From Christensenellaceae bacterium (GTDB taxonomy: Bacteria; Bacillota; Clostridia; Christensenellales; Borkfalkiaceae), in assembly GCA_045643385.1 (NCBI GenBank), contig JAZUKR010000170.1, positions 1-50,017 on the forward strand: 50,017 nucleotides of DNA. Reading direction: 5' to 3'. This document shows, piece by piece, positions 22,478-32,187 of the stretch. The notes under the pieces were generated by a model, which saw nothing but the letters and a program-made list of their open reading frames with translations, was not told the DNA's origin and searched no databases. Position 1 is the stretch's first letter. Every line of letters begins with the position of its first letter. A program made the position numbers and the translations under genes.

Positions 22478-23647
22478 ATGAGTTTAACAACGTGTAAGGA
22501 ATGTGGCGGTGTGCTATCTACTCAAGCACAATTTTGTCCACATTGCGGTTATACCGAAAAAAAGAAAACTTATTCTAAATCAAAATTCCATAGGTTGCCT
22601 AATGGTTTTGGGTCTATACGAAAATATTCCGGAAAACGCAGAAATCCATATTATGCTTATCCAAGCGTTACTGATTATTACGATAATGGTTCTGCCAAAC
22701 CTGTGCCTTGCATCGGTTCTTACCCTACATATCAAGAAGCATTCGAAGCATTAACCAAATACAACAAAAAGCCTTATGATCTAGAAAAAGCAGATATAAC
22801 GTTTGCAGAAGTTCACAAATTATTTTATGACGATAAATATGTTAACAATGCCAAAAGAACATATTCAAAATCTTCTATGTATTTGGCAAATGCAGGATTT
22901 AATAATTTAAAAGAAATACACAATATTCCAATAAAAAAATTGCGTACTTACGATATGCAAAAAATAGTTGATGCTTGCGATTTAAGTCACGCATCTTTAG
23001 AAGGTATTGTTCAATGCTTAAGAAATGTATTTTCATTTGCGATTGCGAACGATTTGGTTGACGTTGATTATGCTCAATATGTTGTAATCAAAACTCTTGA
23101 CGATGACGAAAAGGGTGTGCCTTTTACGGAAGAAGAAATCAAGAAACTATGGGAACATAAGAATGACAAGATTGTGCAATATATTTTGATACTTATTTAT
23201 TCTGGAATGAGAATATCAGAACTTGCAACAATGAAGATAGATTTCGAAAAAGGAATTATGCAAGGTGGTAATAAAACCAAGTCAAGTAAAAACAGAATTA
23301 TACCTATTCACCCACTTATTGCAGACTTCCTTAAAAATTGCGCACTTATAAAAACTTCGGACGATAAATGCAGAAAGTATTTCGATGAAAAATTGAAAGA
23401 ATTAGGTCTTTCTACATCGGTTAAAAACACAAAGCATACTCCACACGATTGCCGACATACGTTCTCTTGGCTTGCGGACAAATACAAAATGGACGATTTA
23501 TCTAAACATATGATTATGGGTCATTCGACAGGCAAGGACGTTGAAGAATCTGTATACGGTCACCGAACCAACGAAGAACTAATTGAAGAAATGAAAAAGA
23601 TTAAAGGATATGACTTAAAAGAAATTAATGAAAATGCTACGAATTAG
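22478..23647 (+). CDS. int: Tyrosine recombinase (phage integrase) with N-terminal zinc ribbon, 389 aa
   Basis: Catalytic landmarks SGMRISEL (R), HDCRHTF (HxxR), GHS...VYGH (H, Y). N-terminus CKECGG...CPHCG. Confidence 0.9.
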   Translation: MSLTTCKECGGVLSTQAQFCPHCGYTEKKKTYSKSKFHRLPNGFGSIRKYSGKRRNPYYAYPSVTDYYDNGSAKPVPCIGSYPTYQEAFEALTKYNKKPYDLEKADITFAEVHKLFYDDKYVNNAKRTYSKSSMYLANAGFNNLKEIHNIPIKKLRTYDMQKIVDACDLSHASLEGIVQCLRNVFSFAIANDLVDVDYAQYVVIKTLDDDEKGVPFTEEEIKKLWEHKNDKIVQYILILIYSGMRISELATMKIDFEKGIMQGGNKTKSSKNRIIPIHPLIADFLKNCALIKTSDDKCRKYFDEKLKELGLSTSVKNTKHTPHDCRHTFSWLADKYKMDDLSKHMIMGHSTGKDVEESVYGHRTNEELIEEMKKIKGYDLKEINENATN

Positions 23648-23702
23648 TAATTTAGTGCTACGAATTTGCAAAAAACGGAATAAAATTTAAACGAATTTGA
23701 AT

Positions 23703-23796
23703 TTACATAACAAGACTTAAACAACCCCACAAAAACAATGTCTAACGCTTGAAAATACGGTGTTTTCATTGAATTTGTGGGATTTTTGTTATGTAA
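23703..23796. promoter_or_regulatory. 94-bp imperfect palindrome between convergent int and endolysin genes (attP core and/or bidirectional terminator candidate)
   Basis: Outer arms TTACATAACAA / TTGTTATGTAA. Inner arms CCCACAAAAACAATG / CATTGAATTTGTGGG. GCTACGAATT direct repeats at 23636 and 23657. Confidence 0.45.
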
Positions 23797-23918
23797 GCCA
23801 AAATGTAACGAATGGTTAACAGTAGAAGGGGCGAAAACGTTGATTTTACGGCATTCTTCGTCAAAAAAGCAACGAAATTGCTAAAAACGGAAAATGTCTT
23901 TTTCAAACTCAAACGCTA

Positions 23919-25130
23919 CTATTTAACCCTAATCTGTTGACCAATATGAATAAGATTTGGATTGTCAATTTGCGGATTTAATCTAACTATTGCCGGTACG
24001 GTTGTGTTGTACTTTTTTGCAATACGATATAAATTATCGCCCTTGACAACGGTATAATAAACTGAATTATCACTAACAGGTATGTCGGTATATTTAGGGC
24101 AGATATAGCCACGAATATATCTTCCGTTAATTGGTAAGGTTCTTCGTTTGCATTCACCGCCGTAATTACCTTCAATAACGGTTATCATTCCATTTACAAC
24201 GCTTTCGACCGCACCAATGTGATTCGGTTGACCTTTGCAATCGCCAATTCCGTTATCTTCCCAATCGTAAAGAATTAGGTCTGATACTTTAGGTACATAA
24301 GCATCATTTTCATTCCAAATGCCTTTTTGATTTGCAAGTTCAATCATTTTGGTGCAAGAACACTCAATTGGAATAATGTCTGTATAGCCAACGGCAATAG
24401 CACAAGCGGAAACTGTACCTGCGCACCAAGCATCTTTTTCGTTAAGTTTATGACCGCGTGGGTGCGGTACGTAACTATTATAGGTTGCAATAATTTCTTT
24501 GTGCAAAGCATTGCCGTCTTTTGCCCCTATATAGTGGCGCATTTGCTCTATATAAGTATTTCTACTATAAACCTTGTCTTGTGGCTTATTCGGCACGTCT
24601 GCGCCCTTAAAATAGGTGTTATAAAAGTCTTTAGCATAACCAACACGTACCAATTGGTTTTCTTCGCTTTGATTTGCAGGTCTTTCGAATTTAACCATTA
24701 CAATTCTTGCACAAGAATCAATCGTGTTGTTAGGATTTGTAAGTTCAAATAGTACCGTCTTGTATGACGTAGACAATTCAGTATAAAGCCACTCTAATTG
24801 CGCTTGCAGATCGTCAATAGCCTTACGATTTTTCTTGCAATAATCAAGCAAACCACTTTTACGTCCACTTGATGTCCATTGAGCAAGACCGTAACCTGCT
24901 TTATCGTTTGTAAAATTGGTATATATGTTATTAACAACGGCAAGAGTATATTCTTCGTCCGTCATTCCCAATTTTGTGTTGTAACTATTTTGTAAATTAT
25001 TGGGATATAAACGGCTTTCAGAATATAAATTACCAAGCAAACCGCATATACCATTATCATTTAAGCCTTTCGATTTCATAAATTGAATAATCGGTTGAAC
25101 GGCTTTTTCATTGTATTTTGATATAGCCAT
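23919..25130 (-). CDS. Three-domain endolysin: lysozyme-like N-domain + CHAP + LysM, 403 aa
   Basis: GICGLLGNLYSES...GYGLAQWT (phage tail-lysozyme-like). DAWCAGTVS...NHIGAV (CHAP Cys/His). YYTVVKGDNLYRIAKKY...IHIGQQIRV (LysM). AAGGA SD before the ATG at 25130. Confidence 0.85.
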   Translation of the reverse strand: MAISKYNEKAVQPIIQFMKSKGLNDNGICGLLGNLYSESRLYPNNLQNSYNTKLGMTDEEYTLAVVNNIYTNFTNDKAGYGLAQWTSSGRKSGLLDYCKKNRKAIDDLQAQLEWLYTELSTSYKTVLFELTNPNNTIDSCARIVMVKFERPANQSEENQLVRVGYAKDFYNTYFKGADVPNKPQDKVYSRNTYIEQMRHYIGAKDGNALHKEIIATYNSYVPHPRGHKLNEKDAWCAGTVSACAIAVGYTDIIPIECSCTKMIELANQKGIWNENDAYVPKVSDLILYDWEDNGIGDCKGQPNHIGAVESVVNGMITVIEGNYGGECKRRTLPINGRYIRGYICPKYTDIPVSDNSVYYTVVKGDNLYRIAKKYNTTVPAIVRLNPQIDNPNLIHIGQQIRVK

Positions 25131-25145
25131 ATTTTTTCCTTTTCT

Positions 25146-25182
25146 AAACAAAAGGCACACTAGGTATTACCCTAATGTGCCA
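25146..25182 (-). terminator. Intrinsic terminator between fibre 2 and the endolysin
   Basis: Minus strand GGCACA-N16-TGTGCC followed by TTTTGTTT. Confidence 0.5.
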
Positions 25183-25188
25183 AGCCTT

Positions 25189-26685
25189 TTAGCCAAATAG
25201 TTCAAGTTCGCCAATTGCAACCCAACTGTTATTTCCGTCAGTACCAAGCAAACTATTAATCTTAACTCGGTATATCTTGTATAAATTGCTATTTTCAAAT
25301 TTGAAAATAGAAACGGCATCAGATGCGTTTTCCGTATTTGTTAATGATGCTATTTTCTCAAATCCCAAACCATTTGAACCATATAATTCAAATTCGTGTG
25401 GTGCGTGTAAATTCCAAGAATTTCTGTTCCTTAATTTCAAAACTGTGCAAGGTTTGGGTTCTGGTAATTCAATTTGAATCCAAGAATCAATACCTTGGTT
25501 ATCTTGGCTTATCCAAGAATCGTCTACATCGTGTATTTCGTCAAATGCTTTCCATACGTCAAATCTATCTTCAAGTTTTGAAGAACAGGTAGCAACATAT
25601 CCGCTAGGTGTGTTATTGCTTGTAAGTGCAGGTGTAATTTTTACAGGTTCGTGCAAACCTGCATTTTTCCAATCAATCCACGCACCATTAACCCTTAATT
25701 GAATCATATCATTTGCGGAATTGTATCGAATTGCAATTTCATTATCCGTTGCATAACCTTCGTCATTATCAAGTTCTGATACTTTTGACGGTATTTTTGT
25801 GTTTGCGGGCAAAGCCTTTACATCACTTGCGGTCAAATTTACCGCACCCACTTTGCCGTTAACAGATTGAACCGCACCGCTACCGCCACCGCTAGGCATA
25901 CGGAATTTAGTGTTGTTAATTTCAATACTTTCAAGAACCTGTTCAGAACCGGACACCGTAGGATTTGCTTTTACTTCAACCAAACCCATTAACTTTACTT
26001 TTTCAGTATTGGTAAAGTCATTGGTCGAAAGTCCTTTACCTTTAACTTTGTCAACCTTTGAATTAGCAACTGTATTAACGGCATTGTCTACATAAGCGGT
26101 GGTTGTAATGCCTACATCGTCCTTTAAATCGCTTACTTTTGTGGGTACGATACTTTTATCGGCTTTACCGTTAAATGCGCTCTGTAAGTCTGCTTGGGCG
26201 GTTATATCGCCTTGTATTTCGCCCCATTTGGTAGATTCTTTGTCGGCAGGCTTAACCCATTCAAAATCAAAGTCATTGTCGCTTATTTTGGACAATACAT
26301 AATCTACTTGACCGCCTTGCAAATGACCCAACATATCCATAATTTGTGAATATACGTCCGGTGTAGGCGGTTCGGGTGTTTGACCTTCTTCAAAACCACT
26401 TTCATAAACAGGGATAGAAACAACATCTGCGGTAATTAAATCACCGCCATAAACGGAAACTGTAAATTCGCCTGCGTTAAGGACTTCGACCGGAACATAG
26501 CAACTGTCATTGAGAAGAACTACATTGTAAATATATTCGCCTTGTTTGAATACGGCGGTTTTAACAACACCTTCCCAATCTGACGTAAAGATAAACGAAG
26601 CCTTTAAATAATTTTTGGAATCGGCAACAACGTAAGTATTATCTGTTCTTAATATCTGTTGACCGCCAACAATAAAATTTAACAT
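25189..26685 (-). CDS. Tail fibre / receptor-binding protein 2 with C-terminal discoidin (F5/8 type C)-like domain, 498 aa
   Basis: AAAAGGAG SD before the ATG at 26685. Fibre repeats GKGLSTNDFTNTEKVKL, VSDLKDD and VSELDNDEGY. C-terminus WKAFDE...W...YGSNG...YR...ELELFG. Confidence 0.75.
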   Translation of the reverse strand: MLNFIVGGQQILRTDNTYVVADSKNYLKASFIFTSDWEGVVKTAVFKQGEYIYNVVLLNDSCYVPVEVLNAGEFTVSVYGGDLITADVVSIPVYESGFEEGQTPEPPTPDVYSQIMDMLGHLQGGQVDYVLSKISDNDFDFEWVKPADKESTKWGEIQGDITAQADLQSAFNGKADKSIVPTKVSDLKDDVGITTTAYVDNAVNTVANSKVDKVKGKGLSTNDFTNTEKVKLMGLVEVKANPTVSGSEQVLESIEINNTKFRMPSGGGSGAVQSVNGKVGAVNLTASDVKALPANTKIPSKVSELDNDEGYATDNEIAIRYNSANDMIQLRVNGAWIDWKNAGLHEPVKITPALTSNNTPSGYVATCSSKLEDRFDVWKAFDEIHDVDDSWISQDNQGIDSWIQIELPEPKPCTVLKLRNRNSWNLHAPHEFELYGSNGLGFEKIASLTNTENASDAVSIFKFENSNLYKIYRVKINSLLGTDGNNSWVAIGELELFG

Positions 26686-26701
26686 TCGCAAAACTCCTTT
26701 T

Positions 26702-26736
26702 AATAAAAAGACCGCCACCCAAATTGAGTAGCGGTC
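26702..26736 (-). terminator. Intrinsic terminator upstream of fibre 2
   Basis: Minus strand GACCGC-N15-GCGGTC followed by TTTTTATT. Confidence 0.6.
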
Positions 26737-26744
26737 ACATTGAT

Positions 26745-26984
26745 TTATTCAGTTACTTCTTCGGTTCTTGTCCACCTGTTTTCTGATTTAGGCGAAATAG
26801 TATTTCCGAATTCATCAACAACCATACACAAAGACCAACCAAGTGTTTCATTCTTCATATCTGTCGATAATTGTCTGTGCCATTCTGCCATAGCATCGTC
26901 CTTTGTGTCATAAGCCTTGGGAACTGTTCTGTTTTCTGCTCCCGCTACACGATTATACTGAATTGATAAAACATAAAATCTCAT
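26745..26984 (-). CDS. Hypothetical protein, 79 aa
   Basis: Compact ORF following the fibre-associated gene. Confidence 0.6.
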   Translation of the reverse strand: MRFYVLSIQYNRVAGAENRTVPKAYDTKDDAMAEWHRQLSTDMKNETLGWSLCMVVDEFGNTISPKSENRWTRTEEVTE

Positions 26985-26989
26985 ATTTT

Positions 26990-27325
26990 CTACTCCTTTA
27001 TGCTATTTATAATATTGTTTAACTCGGTTGCAATGTCTGTCTTTTCCCAATAAATATCGTTGGGCGGTTCAATGCCGATATTGTCATTTACGCACTTATA
27101 AAGAACATTATTCAACATTCTGTATTCGCCAACTTTGTAATTGGTCTTATCTTCCCAATCTTCGGAAATACCGTTCGATAAATTGGTTAATTCGGCAGAA
27201 TTTGTACTAATGCTATTTCTCGTTCCGTCAATATCGTAACCCTTTTCTTGAAGTGCCTTGTTATTTGATTTGATATAGGAATACACAAGGTTTTCAAGGT
27301 TTGTTAGCCTTTGTTCGATTGTCAT
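26990..27325 (-). CDS. Fibre-associated protein with CBM5/12-like aromatic motif, 111 aa
   Basis: GGAAGGTAGGTG SD before the ATG at 27325. The segment W.DKTNYKVGEYRMLNNVLYKCV......P.NDIYWEK resembles chitin-binding type-3 repeats. Confidence 0.5.
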   Translation of the reverse strand: MTIEQRLTNLENLVYSYIKSNNKALQEKGYDIDGTRNSISTNSAELTNLSNGISEDWEDKTNYKVGEYRMLNNVLYKCVNDNIGIEPPNDIYWEKTDIATELNNIINSIKE

Positions 27326-27333
27326 ACATTCAC

Positions 27334-30300
27334 CTACCTTCCGTAGAAATTCATCACATTCATATATCCGCAACGAGTAGATGTAGTGCTACCTTGTTGT
27401 TTCGTGATGTGCATTCTGTATCTCGAATATGCGACATTATTATCTATGATGTGAGTAGCAAATTCCGTTTTGGGAACATCTGTAAATTTTTCGGTTAAAT
27501 CAGTCCAATTACTACCATCATTCGAGCCTTGAATTGTGTACTGTATTTCCGAAATCGGAGCATTTGATGATATTGTGAATTTGAATAATTTACAGATAAT
27601 CGGTTCAACAAATATATACCCTATCCCTAAATCTACAGAATTTGCTACAGTAGTATTGGATAACCATCTTGTGCCGGTATCCTTATCGAATGCCTTATAA
27701 GGATTGTTTGTGCTATATGTATCCGTAGCAAAGGCTCTTCCTTGCGGAGAAGTATCACTTGTCATCACAGGAACACTTTTGGTTAGTATACTCTCGAAAT
27801 ACTGACTATTGCAGATAGCATTAAGCCAAGTTTCATCGTTCAAAAACTGATATACCAAAGCATCGTCTTTTAACCCAAGATAGGTCATAAAATCTTCATT
27901 AGCGCAACAATCAGTAGCAAAGCCTGTTGAACGAATCAAATACTTATTAGCATTCTCGTTTCCCAAAAGTGTATTTAATACCGTTGTATCTGCTAATACC
28001 TGTGCAAGTGTTGTGTACTTAACCGATACTGTATCAACTGAACACATAAGCCACTTGCTTATATCGTTTATCGGTAATGCCGTAGCACCGTCTAAAATGG
28101 CATACATTTTATCTGAATATGTTTGTCCGTGTTGAACATTATTAAAAGCAAGTTCAAATCTTGTACCGCCAACACTTACCCAAACTGTCCAATCACCTTC
28201 TTCGTTTACAATCCAAGAAAGTGTACCGCCTGCACTCGTTGCGGTTTTGTTGTATACCTTGTCACCATTGGTTAAGTGGAATACAGAACCAACAAAGGAA
28301 TCGTCATAGGTCACATTGATATGAATATCACCACCGATTGTTGTGTGATAGAATCCATAAAAGTCTGCTTCTACGGTGTCGGTAAATACATCACCGCTTG
28401 GTGTTGTTACTGTAATATCCCACCAACCAACATTCTTACAATTGAATATGGTTTCGATTTCGGTAGAAACCACTTCATAAGTTTCGTGCGTATGCGATTC
28501 TGCGGTATCTCTATGCTCTAATCGAATTGTGCTACCGATTAAGGATTCATCGGTTAAGTCTACAAGGATTTCAACCATACCATTTGAAGTAGGTATTCCC
28601 GCAATAGCATCAAGCAATCCTTTACCGCTTTCGTTAAGTGCGTAATTTACCTTGGTATAACTTGGTGAAAGAATGTTTGTTACACCCTTGTAAGCATCAA
28701 GCATTAAAGGTAACTTTGTGTCTTTGGTAATATCTACTGATGAAGTCTTTTGCACTTCAAATTCGTGCGAAACTTCGCCATATTCAAGCATTGGCTTAAA
28801 TACAAGATTATTTGCGGTTGTATTTGCTACTCTGCACGAAATGCGAATACTATCATAACCATTGTAATCAATGTTAAATTCTGATTGACCACTTCTTGTG
28901 CTACCTATTGTTTTTATGACACTTGAACCAACTATACCTTGTAAAAGAATGAAATACGAACTATTTGTATCTATTCCCGATATCTTATATCTACCTTTAG
29001 GAAGAACGATTGGATAAGCCAAATCATAAGTAGCACTCCCACTTGAAGTGCCGTTAGCGGTAATGCTTCCGTCTGAATTAACAGAAAACGTAACTCCTAA
29101 AGAAGTTTTGCTCATTCCATCAGTATACGGAAAAGGAATCAAATTTCTATTGCAAGTCTTGATTATATATCCCGCATACGGAACATAATCGTGAGCAACC
29201 GCACCTTCTTCTAACATAGGGTAAAAAATAGTGTCTACTGTTGTACCAGAACGTATAAATATTGCAACTCTAAATTCTGACGGACTACTTGGCATATCGA
29301 ATGTAATTCCACTACCATAATCTCTTTGCCATATCTGCGGAGGTTTCGCATAAAATTCCATACCTACATTATTTAATTGATTGTCAGTGCAACCACTTAA
29401 TGTTAATTTCTTGCCGACTAAATCTGCATAAGACATATTACTTTGGTTGGCAAGTGAAAGGGTAATAGTTGCAGATGCTGTACCTTTTGCGTGTACGCTT
29501 CCATCAGCATTAAAAGTAAAGGTTACACCGCTTAATGTTTGATTGCCACTAAGGTACGGATACGGAATTAAATTCCTTGCACAATCAAGCAACTGTAAAG
29601 AACCTTCAAGTGTACCTTCGATATGTTGCGATTCTGTAGACATTACAGTTCCACTTGTTCCATTTACCCAAGTCTGTGTAGAAGCATCATATACAAGTGC
29701 TTGTTTGTCGGTAGGGTTTACAATTTCAACGTCTGACAAACCGCCAATAGAACCTGTTGCGATTGCTTGTGCTTGGTCTTTCCAAAATTTAGCATTGTTC
29801 TTGAAATATTCACCTTCGGTAACAGGTATTCCATTCTGTGTACCGTTTGCATAACCTTCCGATACAAGTGCTTTTGCAATTGCCGTAGTTTCTGATTGCT
29901 TGGCATTTGATTCAGATATTCTTATATCTGCCAAGAAATTAGGTTGTAACTTTGATTCGGTAATAGAACCGTTCAAGACATTTGCTTTAACTTTTCCGTT
30001 CTGAATGGTAAAGTTAATTTCTGTACTGTCTTGAAAATCATAGTTGGTAATCATACTTGAAAGGTCAACTTCTTTTTTAGTTCCGTCTTGAAGTGTGATT
30101 TCCAATTTCTGTGTTTGTTCGTTGTAATTCCAATTGGTTACAACTTTTTCAAGTAAGGTATCAATTGTGAATTTTTGACCCTTGTTTTTTGTGAACGTGA
30201 AAATACCTGTTTTGTCATCAAATTCAACATTAATAACGGCATTGTCCATATCGGCTTGATTTGCCTTGGTAATGTCAAATCCAACAACTCTTGTGTCTAC

Positions 30301-30405
30301 AACATCAAGTGCATTACTCATATTGTTTAAGTTATCTGCATTTAGTGCCGTGTTTGTAGACGGATAATTTTCCCAATCAATTTTATCGGGGTACGCTTTC
30401 TGCAT
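27334..30405 (-). CDS. Tail fibre / receptor-binding protein 1, 1023 aa, with internal domain duplication and discoidin-like C-terminus
   Basis: Two tandem units of about 140 aa start C.RNLIP.PY...GVTF..N.DGS and end PMLE.G.V.H. C-terminus PYKAFDKDTGTRW...GSNDGSNW...YSRYR. Confidence 0.8.
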   Translation of the reverse strand: MQKAYPDKIDWENYPSTNTALNADNLNNMSNALDVVDTRVVGFDITKANQADMDNAVINVEFDDKTGIFTFTKNKGQKFTIDTLLEKVVTNWNYNEQTQKLEITLQDGTKKEVDLSSMITNYDFQDSTEINFTIQNGKVKANVLNGSITESKLQPNFLADIRISESNAKQSETTAIAKALVSEGYANGTQNGIPVTEGEYFKNNAKFWKDQAQAIATGSIGGLSDVEIVNPTDKQALVYDASTQTWVNGTSGTVMSTESQHIEGTLEGSLQLLDCARNLIPYPYLSGNQTLSGVTFTFNADGSVHAKGTASATITLSLANQSNMSYADLVGKKLTLSGCTDNQLNNVGMEFYAKPPQIWQRDYGSGITFDMPSSPSEFRVAIFIRSGTTVDTIFYPMLEEGAVAHDYVPYAGYIIKTCNRNLIPFPYTDGMSKTSLGVTFSVNSDGSITANGTSSGSATYDLAYPIVLPKGRYKISGIDTNSSYFILLQGIVGSSVIKTIGSTRSGQSEFNIDYNGYDSIRISCRVANTTANNLVFKPMLEYGEVSHEFEVQKTSSVDITKDTKLPLMLDAYKGVTNILSPSYTKVNYALNESGKGLLDAIAGIPTSNGMVEILVDLTDESLIGSTIRLEHRDTAESHTHETYEVVSTEIETIFNCKNVGWWDITVTTPSGDVFTDTVEADFYGFYHTTIGGDIHINVTYDDSFVGSVFHLTNGDKVYNKTATSAGGTLSWIVNEEGDWTVWVSVGGTRFELAFNNVQHGQTYSDKMYAILDGATALPINDISKWLMCSVDTVSVKYTTLAQVLADTTVLNTLLGNENANKYLIRSTGFATDCCANEDFMTYLGLKDDALVYQFLNDETWLNAICNSQYFESILTKSVPVMTSDTSPQGRAFATDTYSTNNPYKAFDKDTGTRWLSNTTVANSVDLGIGYIFVEPIICKLFKFTISSNAPISEIQYTIQGSNDGSNWTDLTEKFTDVPKTEFATHIIDNNVAYSRYRMHITKQQGSTTSTRCGYMNVMNFYGR

Positions 30406-30577
30406 CTTCGTTGTCCTTTCTTTGATTTATTTCTTGGACTATTATTTCGTCCGCTTTTTGCGATAACATATAGCAAACACTTTCTGCGATAAGTCTTTTT
30501 GCTTCTATTGGTGCGTTTGACATATTGTATGTTGCTATAATTGTGTTATATAGTTCTCTAATTTCTTCATTCATCAA
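30383..30577 (-). CDS. Hypothetical protein, 64 aa
   Basis: 4-nt overlap with the upstream gene and 23-nt overlap with the fibre gene. Confidence 0.55.
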   Translation of the reverse strand: MMNEEIRELYNTIIATYNMSNAPIEAKRLIAESVCYMLSQKADEIIVQEINQRKDNEDAESVPR

Positions 30578-32178
30578 TTCGCCAATACCCTGTAATTTGT
30601 TCCATTAATATTGATTGTTTTAGGGGCAAATGTCCTTGTCGCACCTTCATAATCAAATACAACACCGCTTGAACACTTAATATTAGTGCAACTTATCCAA
30701 GGGAAATTAGCACTATTGCCTGTTGTGAATTTGCCTGCGATATAATTTGCGGTCACATCACTTGCGCTTAATTTGCCTTTTACTGTGGCATTATTGGCAA
30801 TTAAATTGTCAACATCTGCGGTTGTGATTTTTGTATATCCAAGGTTTGCAACGTCTGCATTTAACCTTGTTGCTTTAACATAATCGCTTTCAATAGTTCC
30901 CACTCTTTTTACCGCATCATCTGCCGTTGTTTTAGCACTACTAGCGGTACTATTTGCGGTATTTGCGGTCGATTGTGCGGTATTTGCGGTCGATTGTGCC
31001 GTATCAACACCGCTTTGCAACCTTTCGGTTCTTGCCGTAGTTGCCCTAACTTGCTTTTTTAGGTTGTCAGTATCATCAACACGGACTTCGTTGCCTGTTG
31101 CTTCAAAGTTATCTCTTAAGGCTTGTATGCCCCTAATATTGCGTTGTAAAACAAACGTATATACAATCTTGTTACGGCTAACTAATCTAACGGTATCGCC
31201 AACTTCCAAACAAGGGTCACCGATTTTATCAACCGTAGCAGGCATATACCACGCTCTTGTGAAGTATTCAAAAGTGTTATCAATAACTGTCTGCGCATTT
31301 GCATTAGTTAGACCATAAGCAAGAATATTGTCAGATATGTTGTAAACAACATCGTTGCTACCACGGCTTGCCAATACTTCATTGTTTTTGTTGTAAATCT
31401 TGACTTGAGTAATCGCTTGACATTCGTAATCTTCGTATGTGGCGGTTATGTAATGCCGTTTATTAACGATACGGTCAATTTGTTCGTCCTTGGGGTACAA
31501 ATCGTCTTGCGGATATAAGTCATTCGCAGGATAAAGACCTTCAACAATTTCTTTAAAGAATATGTAATGAAACTTACTATCACGTCCTATGTGACCGAAA
31601 CAACCATTCAATTCGCATAAAGCCGTAATAATATCTCTGCCTGTTAAGGTTTTAATATCACCCAAAGCATTTGAAGTCTGTATATTGTCATTCGGCAAGT
31701 CAATTTCTTCTTGTTCAATGCCGAAATGCTCAAAAAACTTATTTCTTAATTGCTTAAGGGTAAAACTCTTTGGGAAATTTGTATTAAACCACGTATACAT
31801 ATCTTCGTTAAGGACTTCATACAAAGCATCGTATGCGGTTACTGTTCTTCCGTATCTATCTGCCGTAGGAACATCGCTTTCAACTTTATATGTGCCATAT
31901 ACAAAGGGTTCGTCTGTATTGCCGTTTAATACCTGCTCAACTCTTAACACCTTGCCTTTAAGCGGTATAAATGAGTTTGCTATTTTGAATGTAATTGAAG
32001 AACTTTCGCAAGCACCAAATTTAAGGTCTGTACTTGAACTTAAACTTTCTTGCAATTCAAATTCTTGTGAATATAAATCAGAATTAGTTATATGACCTGC
32101 ACCATTGTCATAGTAAATGTGCATCTGTTTATCAACAGAATCATTAAGGAACAAGTCTGCGTATTTGTAATCTACCAT
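30574..32178 (-). CDS. Tal-like tail tip / minor structural protein, 534 aa
   Basis: Lies two genes after the tape measure, and its size fits. Contains the TAQSTANTAQSTANTANSTASS repeat, encoded by a 21-bp tandem duplication near 30950-31000. Confidence 0.55.
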   Translation of the reverse strand: MVDYKYADLFLNDSVDKQMHIYYDNGAGHITNSDLYSQEFELQESLSSSTDLKFGACESSSITFKIANSFIPLKGKVLRVEQVLNGNTDEPFVYGTYKVESDVPTADRYGRTVTAYDALYEVLNEDMYTWFNTNFPKSFTLKQLRNKFFEHFGIEQEEIDLPNDNIQTSNALGDIKTLTGRDIITALCELNGCFGHIGRDSKFHYIFFKEIVEGLYPANDLYPQDDLYPKDEQIDRIVNKRHYITATYEDYECQAITQVKIYNKNNEVLASRGSNDVVYNISDNILAYGLTNANAQTVIDNTFEYFTRAWYMPATVDKIGDPCLEVGDTVRLVSRNKIVYTFVLQRNIRGIQALRDNFEATGNEVRVDDTDNLKKQVRATTARTERLQSGVDTAQSTANTAQSTANTANSTASSAKTTADDAVKRVGTIESDYVKATRLNADVANLGYTKITTADVDNLIANNATVKGKLSASDVTANYIAGKFTTGNSANFPWISCTNIKCSSGVVFDYEGATRTFAPKTININGTNYRVLAN

Positions 32179-32187
32179 TTTGCCCCC

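Noticed and set aside
25189-30405. Diversity-generating retroelement acting on the fibre tips
   Set aside because: There is no reverse transcriptase gene in the window and no nucleotide-level template/variable repeat pair. The two discoidin-like tips are similar only at the protein level.
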